A stretch of DNA of 64,000 nt from Planctomycetota bacterium (GCA_003136555.1 PLEW01000175.1:2353-66352), one strand, 5' to 3'. Shown: positions 8,781-17,995, numbered from the stretch's first letter. Numbers and translations are program-made. Notes: generated from the letters alone by a model not told the origin.

Positions 8781-10694
8781 ATGGCAGATGAACGGTGGCG
8801 GCGTCTGCTCACTACTCCGGAACGCTGGCCGATCTGGTCCGTCCGCGCCCTCCTGCTCGCGCTGCCGCTGCTGGTGTACGGCGGTTCGCTGGGCTTTGGC
8901 CTGATCGGCCTGGATGACCAGGGCTACTATGACAATCCGGCGCTCGCCGGCGGTTCCTGGCGTGGCCTGACCGGGATATGGACGTCTCTGGCGTTGAGCG
9001 ATTACGCGCCAGTCAGCCAGCTCACCATGTGGCTCGACCTGGCGCTGGTCGGCGATCGGTGGTGGTTCGCCCATCTGCAGCAGATCCTCTGGTTCGCCCT
9101 CGGGGCCTGGGGAGTCCATGCACTGGTCCTGCGCCTGACCACGAGCGCCGGACTCGCATTGGCGATCTCGCTGCTCTACGTGCTTCATCCCCTTGGAGGC
9201 GAGTCGGTCCTGTGGCTTGCCGAGCGCAAGAACCTGGTCGCCTTCGCCCTCGGAGTCTGGTGCGTCGAGCGCTATGTGGCGGCGGTGCGCGATGATGGGG
9301 GGGCCGCTGCGAGCATCGGCGCCTGGGCGCTCGGTGCGCTCGCCCTGTTCGCCAAGCCCAACGCGGTGTGCCTGCCGTTCCTGCTGGCAGCGTACGAACT
9401 GACGCTCGGCAGCGGCAATCGGTGGCGGCGCCTGGTGCGCGTGGCCCTGCCGATGCTGCTGATCGCCACCTTCGTCTTCATCGAGCTGCAGTTCGTGCGC
9501 TCCGATCTCGACCGACGGTTTCTCGGCGGCAGCCGGTTCGCAGCCATCCTGATCGACGGGCAGATCCTGCTGCGCTACCTGGGCATGATCCTGCTGCCAC
9601 AGCACCTGACGATCTACTACGCGGTGCCTGAGAGCGTGCATCCCCTGCCGGTCCTCCTCGCCTGGATGTCGCTGGCGGCTCTGGTGCTCGCCAGCCTCAA
9701 AGCGGTCCGCAGCCGCGCCCTGGTGGCCTTTTCGTGGCTGTATGCCGGTGCGGCGCTTGCACCTGCGCTCAATCTGGTGCCTCAGCTTGCGCCCTTGGCC
9801 GACCACTATCTGTTGTGGGCGCTGCCGGCTTTGCTGCTCATGGGCGGCGTGCTGGTCCGCGACGCCTGCCAGCGTCTCCCGCCTGCTGCAGCGGCGCGTG
9901 CCGCCCATATCGTGGTCGCCGGCCTGGCGCTCTTCTTCACCTTGCTGGCTCTGGTACGCCTACCGGAATTCAAGGACATGAAGACGCTGTACACCGCGGC
10001 AGTGAAGTACCAGCCCGAATCGGGCACCAACTGGTCGCTGTATTGCCATTGCCTGCTCGATACGGGCGGCGACTTCGAGCTGGCGAGCCGCGCCGCGGAG
10101 CGCGCATTGGCCTGCGCGGACAATGGGCGCATCCTCCCCGAGAATCGAGCCATGATCATTGTGCTCGCCGCCCTCGAACTGCACCGGCATGGCGATCGGC
10201 GCCAGGCAAACGAACTGGTCGAACGCGAGGTCGCAAAGCTGCCCGAAGATGGTGGGCGGATCGCCGACATCGTGCGCGCCCAGGTGGCTCTGCGCATCGG
10301 CGATTCGCAGCATGCCATCGCGCTGCTGCAGCGCTTCTACGAGCCATCGATGCAGGCGGCGGCCGCGCTGCTGCGCAAGAAATGCCGCTCGGGCGAGGTG
10401 CTGCCGGATGAGCAGCCACCGATGATCGAAATCGCCGCCAAGCCTGGCGCCATCGGCGACATCATCAACATGGGCCATGAGATGGACAACCTCGAGCGCC
10501 AGCTGCAATCGTTGGCCTACGCCTATGAGATGGCCGGAGATCTCGAGCACGCCTTCGATGTCGCCGCCCTGGGCGTCAACCTGTCGCCATCCTGCAGCGG
10601 CATGCGCACCCTGCTGATCGATGTCTACCGCCGGCTGCATCTGGATGCCGCGGCCGCGCGCCTGGCGGGGTCGCAGGCAGCGGTGTCCCCGTGA
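8781..10694 (+). CDS. Multi-pass GT-C-fold membrane protein with C-terminal TPR-like region (TMTC-like), paralog 2
   Basis: GLDD, DYAP, HPLGGESVLWLAERK, FAKP and ADHY motifs. Aligns by eye along its length with 4027..5946. Confidence 0.8.
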   Translation: MADERWRRLLTTPERWPIWSVRALLLALPLLVYGGSLGFGLIGLDDQGYYDNPALAGGSWRGLTGIWTSLALSDYAPVSQLTMWLDLALVGDRWWFAHLQQILWFALGAWGVHALVLRLTTSAGLALAISLLYVLHPLGGESVLWLAERKNLVAFALGVWCVERYVAAVRDDGGAAASIGAWALGALALFAKPNAVCLPFLLAAYELTLGSGNRWRRLVRVALPMLLIATFVFIELQFVRSDLDRRFLGGSRFAAILIDGQILLRYLGMILLPQHLTIYYAVPESVHPLPVLLAWMSLAALVLASLKAVRSRALVAFSWLYAGAALAPALNLVPQLAPLADHYLLWALPALLLMGGVLVRDACQRLPPAAAARAAHIVVAGLALFFTLLALVRLPEFKDMKTLYTAAVKYQPESGTNWSLYCHCLLDTGGDFELASRAAERALACADNGRILPENRAMIIVLAALELHRHGDRRQANELVEREVAKLPEDGGRIADIVRAQVALRIGDSQHAIALLQRFYEPSMQAAAALLRKKCRSGEVLPDEQPPMIEIAAKPGAIGDIINMGHEMDNLERQLQSLAYAYEMAGDLEHAFDVAALGVNLSPSCSGMRTLLIDVYRRLHLDAAAARLAGSQAAVSP

Positions 10695-10700
10695 GCCCTG

Positions 10701-11405
10701 TCACTGGACCTGGCCGCCCGTCTGCGGGAGGTCCGGCGATGAGGCGGGAGCGCTGCTGCGCGCGCTGCGCCGGGCGATGGTCGCAGCGGCGTAGCCGGCG
10801 CCGAAGCCATTGTCGATGTTGACCACCGTCAGCCCCGGTGCGCAGCTTGCGAGCATGGCGTGCAGGGCGGTCCGCCCGTGGTCGCACACCCCGTAGCCGA
10901 CCGAGGTCGGGCAGGCGATGATCGGGATGTCGACCAGCCCGCCGACCACCGAGGCGATGGCGCCGTCCATCCCGGCCACCACCACCAGGGCGACGCAGGT
11001 ACGGATGGTGTCGAGATGGGCGAGCAGCCGATGCAATCCCGCAACGCCGCTGTCACGGAAGCGGATGACCTGGACGGCGCGGGCGGCGAGGGTGACGGCG
11101 GCCTCCTCGGCGACCGGTTCGTCACCGGTGCCCGCGGACAGCACGCCGACCGGACCATGGCTCGCCAGCGGTTCGCCATAGGAGAAGCTGGAGCTACGCG
11201 GATGGGCGCGTCCGAGCGGCAGGACCGCCTGCAGGCTGGCGAGCGCCTCCGGTGTCGCGCGCGTCACCAGCACCTGGCCATGCGCTTCGACCAGGCGGGT
11301 GGCGGCCCCGAGCACTTCGTTGACCGTCTTGCTGGCCGCGAAGACGACTTCCGGGAAGCCGAGTCGGCGATTGCGATCGAAATCGAGGTTGAGGGTGTCG
11401 CTCAC
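10701..11405 (-). CDS. larB: Nickel-pincer cofactor biosynthesis protein LarB
   Basis: DFDRNRRLGFPEVVF, AGTGDEPVAEEA, AGMDGA, PTSVGYG, MLASCAPG and NIDNGFGAG motifs. Confidence 0.93.
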   Translation of the reverse strand: MSDTLNLDFDRNRRLGFPEVVFAASKTVNEVLGAATRLVEAHGQVLVTRATPEALASLQAVLPLGRAHPRSSSFSYGEPLASHGPVGVLSAGTGDEPVAEEAAVTLAARAVQVIRFRDSGVAGLHRLLAHLDTIRTCVALVVVAGMDGAIASVVGGLVDIPIIACPTSVGYGVCDHGRTALHAMLASCAPGLTVVNIDNGFGAGYAAATIARRSARSSAPASSPDLPQTGGQVQ

Positions 11406-11474
11406 GGAATGCTCCGGACGGGGTGATGGCGATCAGGCACTGCGCAGGCGATGGCTGGGGGCGCGCGGATCGGC

Positions 11475-12347
11475 TCAGCCGGTCACCGCAGTGGTGTCAA
11501 GCAGGGCATTGAAGCCGCCGCTCACCAGTCCCGCCAGATCGAGGGTGATGCTGAGGAAGCCGAGCTGGCGCAGTGCCGGCAGCAGCGCCTCGCGCGCCGC
11601 GAGGACGCGGCCGAGATCATTCGCCGGCACTTCGATGCGGCACAGGTAGCCCCGCCCCCCGCCGATCTGGTGCAGACGCGCCCGGCAGTGGCCGAAGCCG
11701 GCCTGCCGCAGCACGCGCTCTGCGGCCTCGATCATGGCCAGCCCCGCCACCGTGACCGGTTCGCCGTACGGCACGCGGCTGGACAGGCAGGGCTCGGCCG
11801 GCCGGTTCCAGCTGGCCAGCTGCCGCGCGCGCGCGCGCGTGCGCACGTCATCCTTGGTGAAGCCGGTCTCGGCCAGCGGCCAATGGGCGCCGGCCTCGGC
11901 GGCCGCGGCCATGCCGGGACGGTAATCATTGAGATCGTCGGCGATGGCGCCCAGCAGCAGGGCCGAACCCGCCCGTCCGGCATCGGTGGCGCGCGCCAGG
12001 CCGTCCATCGCGCGCATCAATGCCGCCTTGCAGTGGTAGCAGCGCCGCGCGTCGTTGGCGAGGTATTCCTGCCGCTCGAACTCGTCGGTCTTCACCACCG
12101 CGTGGCGGATGCCCTTGGCGGCGCAGAAGGCGGCGGCCTCGTGCAGGCTGGAGCGGCTCAGGCTCGGACTGTCGGCGGTCACCGCCAGGACCGCGTCCTT
12201 GAGCACCTCGAAGGCGACATCGAGCAGGTAGGTCGAATCGACGCCGGCCGAGAAGGCGACCATCGCCGTGCCGTAGCCGGCGATGATGTCCTTGAGGCGG
12301 TGCTCCTTGAGCAGGGAATCGCTGCTGGTCGCCGTTGCGGTGCCCAT
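11475..12347 (-). CDS. larE: ATP-dependent sulfur transferase LarE
   Basis: PP-loop AFSAGVDS, CYHCK, DDLNDYRPG, PAEPCLSSRVPYG and CRARLH motifs; adjacent to larB. Confidence 0.92.
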   Translation of the reverse strand: MGTATATSSDSLLKEHRLKDIIAGYGTAMVAFSAGVDSTYLLDVAFEVLKDAVLAVTADSPSLSRSSLHEAAAFCAAKGIRHAVVKTDEFERQEYLANDARRCYHCKAALMRAMDGLARATDAGRAGSALLLGAIADDLNDYRPGMAAAAEAGAHWPLAETGFTKDDVRTRARARQLASWNRPAEPCLSSRVPYGEPVTVAGLAMIEAAERVLRQAGFGHCRARLHQIGGGRGYLCRIEVPANDLGRVLAAREALLPALRQLGFLSITLDLAGLVSGGFNALLDTTAVTG

Positions 12348-12409
12348 GCACGCATGCTAGGCGCGCTTCCCGGCTCGCACAAGCCCACCCGAGCAAAGCC
12401 TGCCTGCGC

Positions 12410-14275
12410 TCACCAGGCGGACAGCGGTGTCAGCGCAGGCAGCGGGGGCATCGGGGGCTGGGGCGCCAGGCGCACGGCGATGCGCACGCTGTCGGACGCG
12501 CCAGCGAGCACGATCAGCAGCCGGCGCACGCCGTGGTTGGGCTTCTGGGGAGCAGTCTGCTCGGCCGATTCGACGCTGAACTGCGCCTGGGCGGGAGCGA
12601 GGATGGTGGCGCGCATGTGCTTGCCATGCAGGGTGAGGATGGCCGAGCCGCCCTGTACCTCGACGGCGGCGTCGGTGGTGATCGCCCAGGTGATGTCCGC
12701 CGGGCGGGTCAGCTCGAGTTCATCCTGCACCAGCAGTGCGCTGCGGGATTCGATCAGGCTGATGCCGCGCTGCACCCGGCTGGCAGAGGGGACGTAGGCG
12801 CTGGAAAGGTCGACCACGGCACGGGGCGCATCGGCGCTGATGAAGCGCAGCAGCTTGGCCTTGCCGGCCACCAGCTGGTCCTGGCCGTCGATCAGAGGTA
12901 CGCTGTGGCTGTGCGAGTTGAGGCGGAAATAGCGCCAGCGCGGGCCCTTGGTCCCGCCGCTGAAATAGCCCGGCAGGTTGTAATCGTCCGAGCCGAGGTC
13001 GCGCACCCAGCGCTCGCCCAGGCAATCGCACTCGAAGCTGCCCAGATCGAGATGCCCATGGTTGACCTGGTTGTAGCCCGCCTTGATGTAGGCGTAGAGG
13101 GCGTTGGGGTCCTTCCAGGCGGAGCGCATCACCCCCAGCTCCACCGCGCCGCCGAACGAGCGGTCGAGCGGCAGGGTGATCGAGCTGCCGCTGCTTGGCC
13201 GATACCAGATGATATCGAGCGGGGTGGCCTTCCTGCCGGCAGCCAGGTAGGCGTCCTGGGCATCGCACAAGCCGGCCTGGTGGTAGTGCTGTCCGAGCCA
13301 GGAGAGCAGCGGCGTGCCGCTGAAGCGGCTGAAGTCGCCGGCATCGGCGAAGTTGGGCATCAGCCCGGTCGGTCCGCTGACGCATACGGGATAGAGACCG
13401 GTGGTCGACAGCCCGGCATGCTGATCGAGCCCGAAGGTCGTCTTGAGGGCGCTCTCCATGCCGGCCAGGCAGTAGACGGTGTAGTCGGTGGCGTAGGCCC
13501 AATAGCCGGGCCCCTCCGGCCAGGCCCCGTCGGGGTCGTAGGAGGCGATGGCGGTCGGCAGATGACGGCAGGCGCTCGCGATCAGGACCTGCGCATAGCG
13601 CGGATCGCTCTCGGCCACCGCCAGGCTGGCCACGGTCAGCCCGCCATGGCAGACCTGGTTCCAGTTGAATGCGGAATCGACCCAGAAGGCGTGCTTGAGC
13701 GTGCCATCGAAGCCGCCCACCGCCTGTACGCCCTCCTCGAGGCCGAGGCGGATCAGGGCGGTGCGGATGGTATCCCGCTCGGTGGGCGCGAGGGCGGGAT
13801 AGAGCCAGTCATAGCCGATGCCGACGGCGTTGGACATCTCGGCGACATCGAGGAAATGCGACGGATTCCAGTCGGAGAAGGCGCACACCGTCAGCAGGGT
13901 GGCTCTCGCCTGGTCGAGGTAGGCCGTGCGCCCGGTGAGCCGCCAGGCGAGGCCGAGGACGAGCACCCGGTGCAGGCATTCGCGGCTGACCGAGAGCAGG
14001 CGCGGACCGATGAGCACATGTTCGATCGCTTTGGCGCGGCATAGGGTGTCGGCGTCCGCGCACACCTGGCTGATGCAGGTGGCCAGCAGGGCATCGCTGG
14101 TGGCCAGGCGCTTGAGCTCGGCGAGGCGGTCGTCACGCAGCAGCAGCCGTGGATGCCCGCGCTCGAGGGTGGCGAGGATGGCGTCAGGTGCCGGAGGGGC
14201 GTCTGCCGGCTCCCCCGCCAGCAGGCAGGCGGCGGCCTGGATGCCAAGCAGCAGGGCGATGGTGCGGGCGGCCAT
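12410..14275 (-). CDS. Secreted heparinase II/III-like protein (putative polysaccharide lyase)
   Basis: Signal-peptide-like N-terminus; HPRLLL, NWNQVCHGG, WPEGPGYW, HGHLDLGSF and HSVPLIDG motifs. Start moved to ATG 14275. Confidence 0.8.
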   Translation of the reverse strand: MAARTIALLLGIQAAACLLAGEPADAPPAPDAILATLERGHPRLLLRDDRLAELKRLATSDALLATCISQVCADADTLCRAKAIEHVLIGPRLLSVSRECLHRVLVLGLAWRLTGRTAYLDQARATLLTVCAFSDWNPSHFLDVAEMSNAVGIGYDWLYPALAPTERDTIRTALIRLGLEEGVQAVGGFDGTLKHAFWVDSAFNWNQVCHGGLTVASLAVAESDPRYAQVLIASACRHLPTAIASYDPDGAWPEGPGYWAYATDYTVYCLAGMESALKTTFGLDQHAGLSTTGLYPVCVSGPTGLMPNFADAGDFSRFSGTPLLSWLGQHYHQAGLCDAQDAYLAAGRKATPLDIIWYRPSSGSSITLPLDRSFGGAVELGVMRSAWKDPNALYAYIKAGYNQVNHGHLDLGSFECDCLGERWVRDLGSDDYNLPGYFSGGTKGPRWRYFRLNSHSHSVPLIDGQDQLVAGKAKLLRFISADAPRAVVDLSSAYVPSASRVQRGISLIESRSALLVQDELELTRPADITWAITTDAAVEVQGGSAILTLHGKHMRATILAPAQAQFSVESAEQTAPQKPNHGVRRLLIVLAGASDSVRIAVRLAPQPPMPPLPALTPLSAW

Positions 14276-14375
14276 GCACCTGGTACCGTGAGCAGGTGGG
14301 CTGGTTGAGCGTGGCTGGCGCATCCCGCCGCGGGGAAGCGCCGGTTCCTGAGCGGATACAGCGGATCGGAGCGGC

Positions 14376-15239
14376 TCAGCGCTCAGGCGCCGGGGCGGTC
14401 ACCGCCAGGCGCAGGCCCTGGTCATTGTCGCCTTGCTCGGCGGGAACGGCGCGCCGGGCGGCGCTGCGGGCGCTCCAGTCGCTCTGCCGCCAGGAGCCGC
14501 CACGGCTCACCCGTTCGCCGGTGCCGATCGCGCTTTGACCCGTACCGCGGCTCTGGTAGTGGCCATAGACGTCCTGGCACCATTCCTGGACGTTGCCGTG
14601 CATGTCGTAGAGGCCCCACGCATTCGGCTGCTTGAGCTTGACCGCATGCGTCTGCGCGTCGGCGTCGGAGCGGTACCAGCCGAGGTCGTTGATGGTCTGC
14701 GCCGGCTTGGCGTTGGCTTCGATGGCGAAGGGGGTGGTGGTGCCGGCGCGGCAGGCGTATTCCCACTCCGCCTCGCTGGGCAGCCGGACGTCAAAACCGG
14801 TGACGCGGGTGCGCAGGAGGTTGATGAAGCGCTGCGCATCGTTCCAGCTCACGCTATCGACCGGCCGCTTGGGGTCGATGAACTGGCTGGGATTGCTGCC
14901 CATCACCTCCTGCCACAGGTCCTGGGTGACCTCGCTCTCCGCCAGCCAGAAGCCGCTCTCGATGGTGACCGGGTGCTGCATTTCATCCTCCCCGCGCCAG
15001 GGGCTGTCCCCTGCTGCGCTGCCCATGGTGAAGGAGCCCGGCGGGATCCAGCGCAGGCGCACCACCACCGAGCCGATCGGCAGGTCGGCGAACTGGCCGA
15101 AGCGGTCCATGCCGCGGGTCTTGGCCCAGGCCACCTGGGCCGGGGCCTGGGTGGAGGGACCCGTGCGCGACGAGGAGCCGACCGGGTCGCATGAGCATAG
15201 GACGACGACGAGAGCGAGGGTGAAAAGGGTCAGGCGCAT
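14376..15239 (-). CDS. Lipoprotein with formylglycine-generating-enzyme (SUMF1/FGE-sulfatase) domain, probably non-catalytic
   Basis: Lipobox VLCSC; FTMGS, RLPSEAEWEYACRAG, NAWGLYDMHGNVQEWC and RGGSW motifs. No CxxxxC after RGGSW. Confidence 0.88.
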   Translation of the reverse strand: MRLTLFTLALVVVLCSCDPVGSSSRTGPSTQAPAQVAWAKTRGMDRFGQFADLPIGSVVVRLRWIPPGSFTMGSAAGDSPWRGEDEMQHPVTIESGFWLAESEVTQDLWQEVMGSNPSQFIDPKRPVDSVSWNDAQRFINLLRTRVTGFDVRLPSEAEWEYACRAGTTTPFAIEANAKPAQTINDLGWYRSDADAQTHAVKLKQPNAWGLYDMHGNVQEWCQDVYGHYQSRGTGQSAIGTGERVSRGGSWRQSDWSARSAARRAVPAEQGDNDQGLRLAVTAPAPER

Positions 15240-15421
15240 GGCTGGTCTCCTGCAGAGGTGCGGCGCGTACGCGCGCCGATGAGTGCAGCCGACGGTAACG
15301 CCATGAGCCCACCTGCCAGGGGGCAATCCCGTGCATGCGTCGGACTGACTCACCAGCCCGGCAATGGCCAGGAGCAGGCACGGCTGCCGGACGCCGGCGC
15401 GATCGGGCTGCCGGCCGGGCG

Positions 15422-16330
15422 TCAGGAGATGAGGCCGCCGGCCGCCACCGCATCCACCTTCGGCTGCTGGCCGCGCAGGACGCTGTTGCCGTCGAAGAGC
15501 TGGCGCTGGTCGATCGGCGCGGGTGTGAGCCAGTCCGACTCGTTGAACTGGCCGCTCTGGCCATAGGCGAGGATGGCATTGCCGTAGCAGGTGGCCTCGA
15601 CGGCATCCGCGGCGATGCCGCGCTCGAGCATCAGGCGTGCGGTCTTGGGCACCGCGAGGGGGTCGCTCACCCCCCAGTCGGCGCTCGAATCGACGATGAT
15701 GCGCTCCTTGCCATAGCGGCGCACCACCTCGACCATGCGCTCATTGCCCATCTTGGTCTTGGGGTAGATGGTGAAGGCGGCCCAGAAGCCGCGGTCCAGG
15801 CATTCGCGCACGGTCTCCTCGTTGTTGTGGTCGACCACCACCATGCCCGGGGGCAGCCCGTGCTCGATGCAGATGTCCATCGAGCGGCTGGTCCCCGATT
15901 TCTTGTTGCGGTGCGGGGTGTGGATCATCACCGGAAGGCCGACCTCCTTGGCGAGCTCGAGCTGGATGCGGAAGTACTTCTCCTCCACCGCGGTCATGTC
16001 GTCGAAGCCGATCTCTCCGATCGCCACCACGCCATCCTTGCCGGCATACAGGGGCAGCAGGTCGATCACCTGCTCGGCGAGCGCGGCATTGTTGGCCTCC
16101 TTGGAATTCAGCCCGATGGTGCAGTAGTGGCGGATGCCGAATTGGCTGGCACGGAAGCGCTCCCACCCCACCAGCGAGGAATAGTAGTCCTGGAAGGAGC
16201 CGACCGTGGTCCGCGGCTGGCCGACCCAGAAGGCCGGTTCGATGACCGCGACCACGCCGGCGTCGCGCATCGCCTCGTAGTCGTCGGTGGTGCGCGCACT
16301 CATATGGACATGGGGGTCGATGAGCTTCAT
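15422..16330 (-). CDS. TatD-family metal-dependent hydrolase, EboB-like
   Basis: IDPHVHM, RTTDDYEAM, EPAFWVGQPR, IGEIGFD, HTPH and DSSADWG motifs; neighbours an EboA-like gene. Confidence 0.85.
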   Translation of the reverse strand: MKLIDPHVHMSARTTDDYEAMRDAGVVAVIEPAFWVGQPRTTVGSFQDYYSSLVGWERFRASQFGIRHYCTIGLNSKEANNAALAEQVIDLLPLYAGKDGVVAIGEIGFDDMTAVEEKYFRIQLELAKEVGLPVMIHTPHRNKKSGTSRSMDICIEHGLPPGMVVVDHNNEETVRECLDRGFWAAFTIYPKTKMGNERMVEVVRRYGKERIIVDSSADWGVSDPLAVPKTARLMLERGIAADAVEATCYGNAILAYGQSGQFNESDWLTPAPIDQRQLFDGNSVLRGQQPKVDAVAAGGLIS

Positions 16331-16415
16331 GGTCGGCTGCCTTCCTCTGCGGTATCGGCGCAGATGGTGTCGATGGCTGGCTGCGTCGGGTCGATGCCGT
16401 CAGCCATGAGGGAGA

Positions 16416-17297
16416 TTAAACGAGCGCATCCCACAAAAGTTGACCGCTGGCGGCCGCCGCCGCCTCGCCCGGGTGGCGCGCCAGCAGCGCCTGGGCGGCT
16501 GGAGCGCCGCTGCCCCCCAGGGCCAGCGCGGCGGCCTGGCGATCGGCCGGACCGCCCTGCTCCAGCAGGCGCTCGAAGTCCTTCAGCGCACCGGCATCGA
16601 TGCACACGCCCACCGGCCGCCAGAGCTGCGGATTGACCACCCGCTTGGCGGCCCAGCGTTCATGGGCGTAATCGCAGAGCATGCGGGTCAGGGCGGCATT
16701 CGCGCGGCGCTCAAGACCGATGATGCGGCCGAGCGGACAGTCGACGAACAGGCACTTGAGCACCATCTGGTTCCACGGCCCCTGCTCCAGCCAGCGTTCC
16801 GGATAGGGGTTGTCGAGGGCGACGGCGGCGAACACGCTGCGCATGTTCGCCCGGATGCCTTCGGCGGCCCGCTCCTTCAGGCGGTCGCCATGCGGCAGCA
16901 GCGGGAGCCCCTGGTAGAGCGCCACCAGCTCCTCGAGCCCGCTGGCGGCGAAGAGCTTGTCGAGGGTATTGAGCCAGGAGGTCGGATCGGCGTCCCTGAG
17001 GGACAATACCAGGCGCACGCGGGCGAGCTGGTCGAGGCTCCAGGCGCGTGGCTGCCAATGCGTGATCAGCTCCCCGGCCTGAGCGAGCTCGTCCGCCACC
17101 GGCGACAGGTCCTGCCTGCCCACCCGCCGCCCGGCGGCAGCGAAGGCGAGGAACAGGGCGCGCTCGGAGGCGGCGGGCTCCAGCTGGGCGACACGGGCGC
17201 AGGCATCCTGCAGCCATTGCCAGGCTTCCCCCTTGAGACGCTGGGACAACCAGGTATCGAGGAGGCGTACGAGGGTTTCGCCGCTCATGCCGTGCAT
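16416..17297 (-). CDS. EboA-domain protein
   Basis: ELVALYQGLPLL, EGIRANM, NPYP, WNQMVLKCLF and DYAHERWAAKR motifs. Start is ATG 17297 or 17288. Confidence 0.82.
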   Translation of the reverse strand: MHGMSGETLVRLLDTWLSQRLKGEAWQWLQDACARVAQLEPAASERALFLAFAAAGRRVGRQDLSPVADELAQAGELITHWQPRAWSLDQLARVRLVLSLRDADPTSWLNTLDKLFAASGLEELVALYQGLPLLPHGDRLKERAAEGIRANMRSVFAAVALDNPYPERWLEQGPWNQMVLKCLFVDCPLGRIIGLERRANAALTRMLCDYAHERWAAKRVVNPQLWRPVGVCIDAGALKDFERLLEQGGPADRQAAALALGGSGAPAAQALLARHPGEAAAAASGQLLWDALV

Positions 17298-17394
17298 TGT
17301 CGAGGCTTTGCCGCCGCTGCCAAGCACGGCATTCCCGCTGGTACTACACTCCTTCACCTTCGTACCTCCATCCGCCCCGGTGGACGGCTAGGCC

Positions 17395-17967
17395 ATGATC
17401 CACTTTCTCGCCCTGCGCCTCGCAGATGAGCCGCGCGACCGTCTGGCCATGATCGCCGAACGGCTGCAGGCCTGGCAGCTTCCCGCCGCCTGGGTCCATC
17501 CCGAGGACTACCACCTCACCCTCGCCTACATCGGCGAGCTCGATGACGACGAGGTGCGCGTCCTGCCGCACGTGATCGGCGATGTCGCCGGCAGCCTGCG
17601 GCGGCCGGAGCTGCGCTTCAGCGGCCTGGGCGCGCAGGGCGGGCGAGCCGAACCCCGGGTGGTGTTCGCCGCCCTCGATGACCCGGAGCATGCCTGCGCC
17701 GGCATGCATGCCGACCTGTGCGCGGCCCTCGATCTCCCTGCGCGGCGGCAGTTCTCGCCGCATGTGACCCTCTGCCGCCCGCGTACCAGCGCCGCCCGCG
17801 AGCTGGCAGCCGCGAGCGGCGGGCACGACTGGCCGGGGATGTTCGCAGCCAACGGCCTGGCGGACTGGGGCGCCTGCCCGACCACCGACCTGGTGCTTTA
17901 CCAGTCCGCCGGCCAGCAGCAGATCCGCTACCGCGCCCTGGCGCGCTGGCCGCTGGTGGCGGCATAG
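17395..17967 (+). CDS. thpR: 2H phosphoesterase, RNA 2',3'-cyclic phosphodiesterase (LigT/ThpR)
   Basis: Two HxT motifs (YHLTL, PHVTL) and typical length. Confidence 0.85.
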   Translation: MIHFLALRLADEPRDRLAMIAERLQAWQLPAAWVHPEDYHLTLAYIGELDDDEVRVLPHVIGDVAGSLRRPELRFSGLGAQGGRAEPRVVFAALDDPEHACAGMHADLCAALDLPARRQFSPHVTLCRPRTSAARELAAASGGHDWPGMFAANGLADWGACPTTDLVLYQSAGQQQIRYRALARWPLVAA

Positions 17968-17995
17968 AGATCCGGCGCGGCGACATTTCCTAAGG

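Noticed and set aside
10701-11405. Second purE
   Set aside because: PurE-like fold but LarB-specific motifs and adjacency to larE; the true purE is at 43366.
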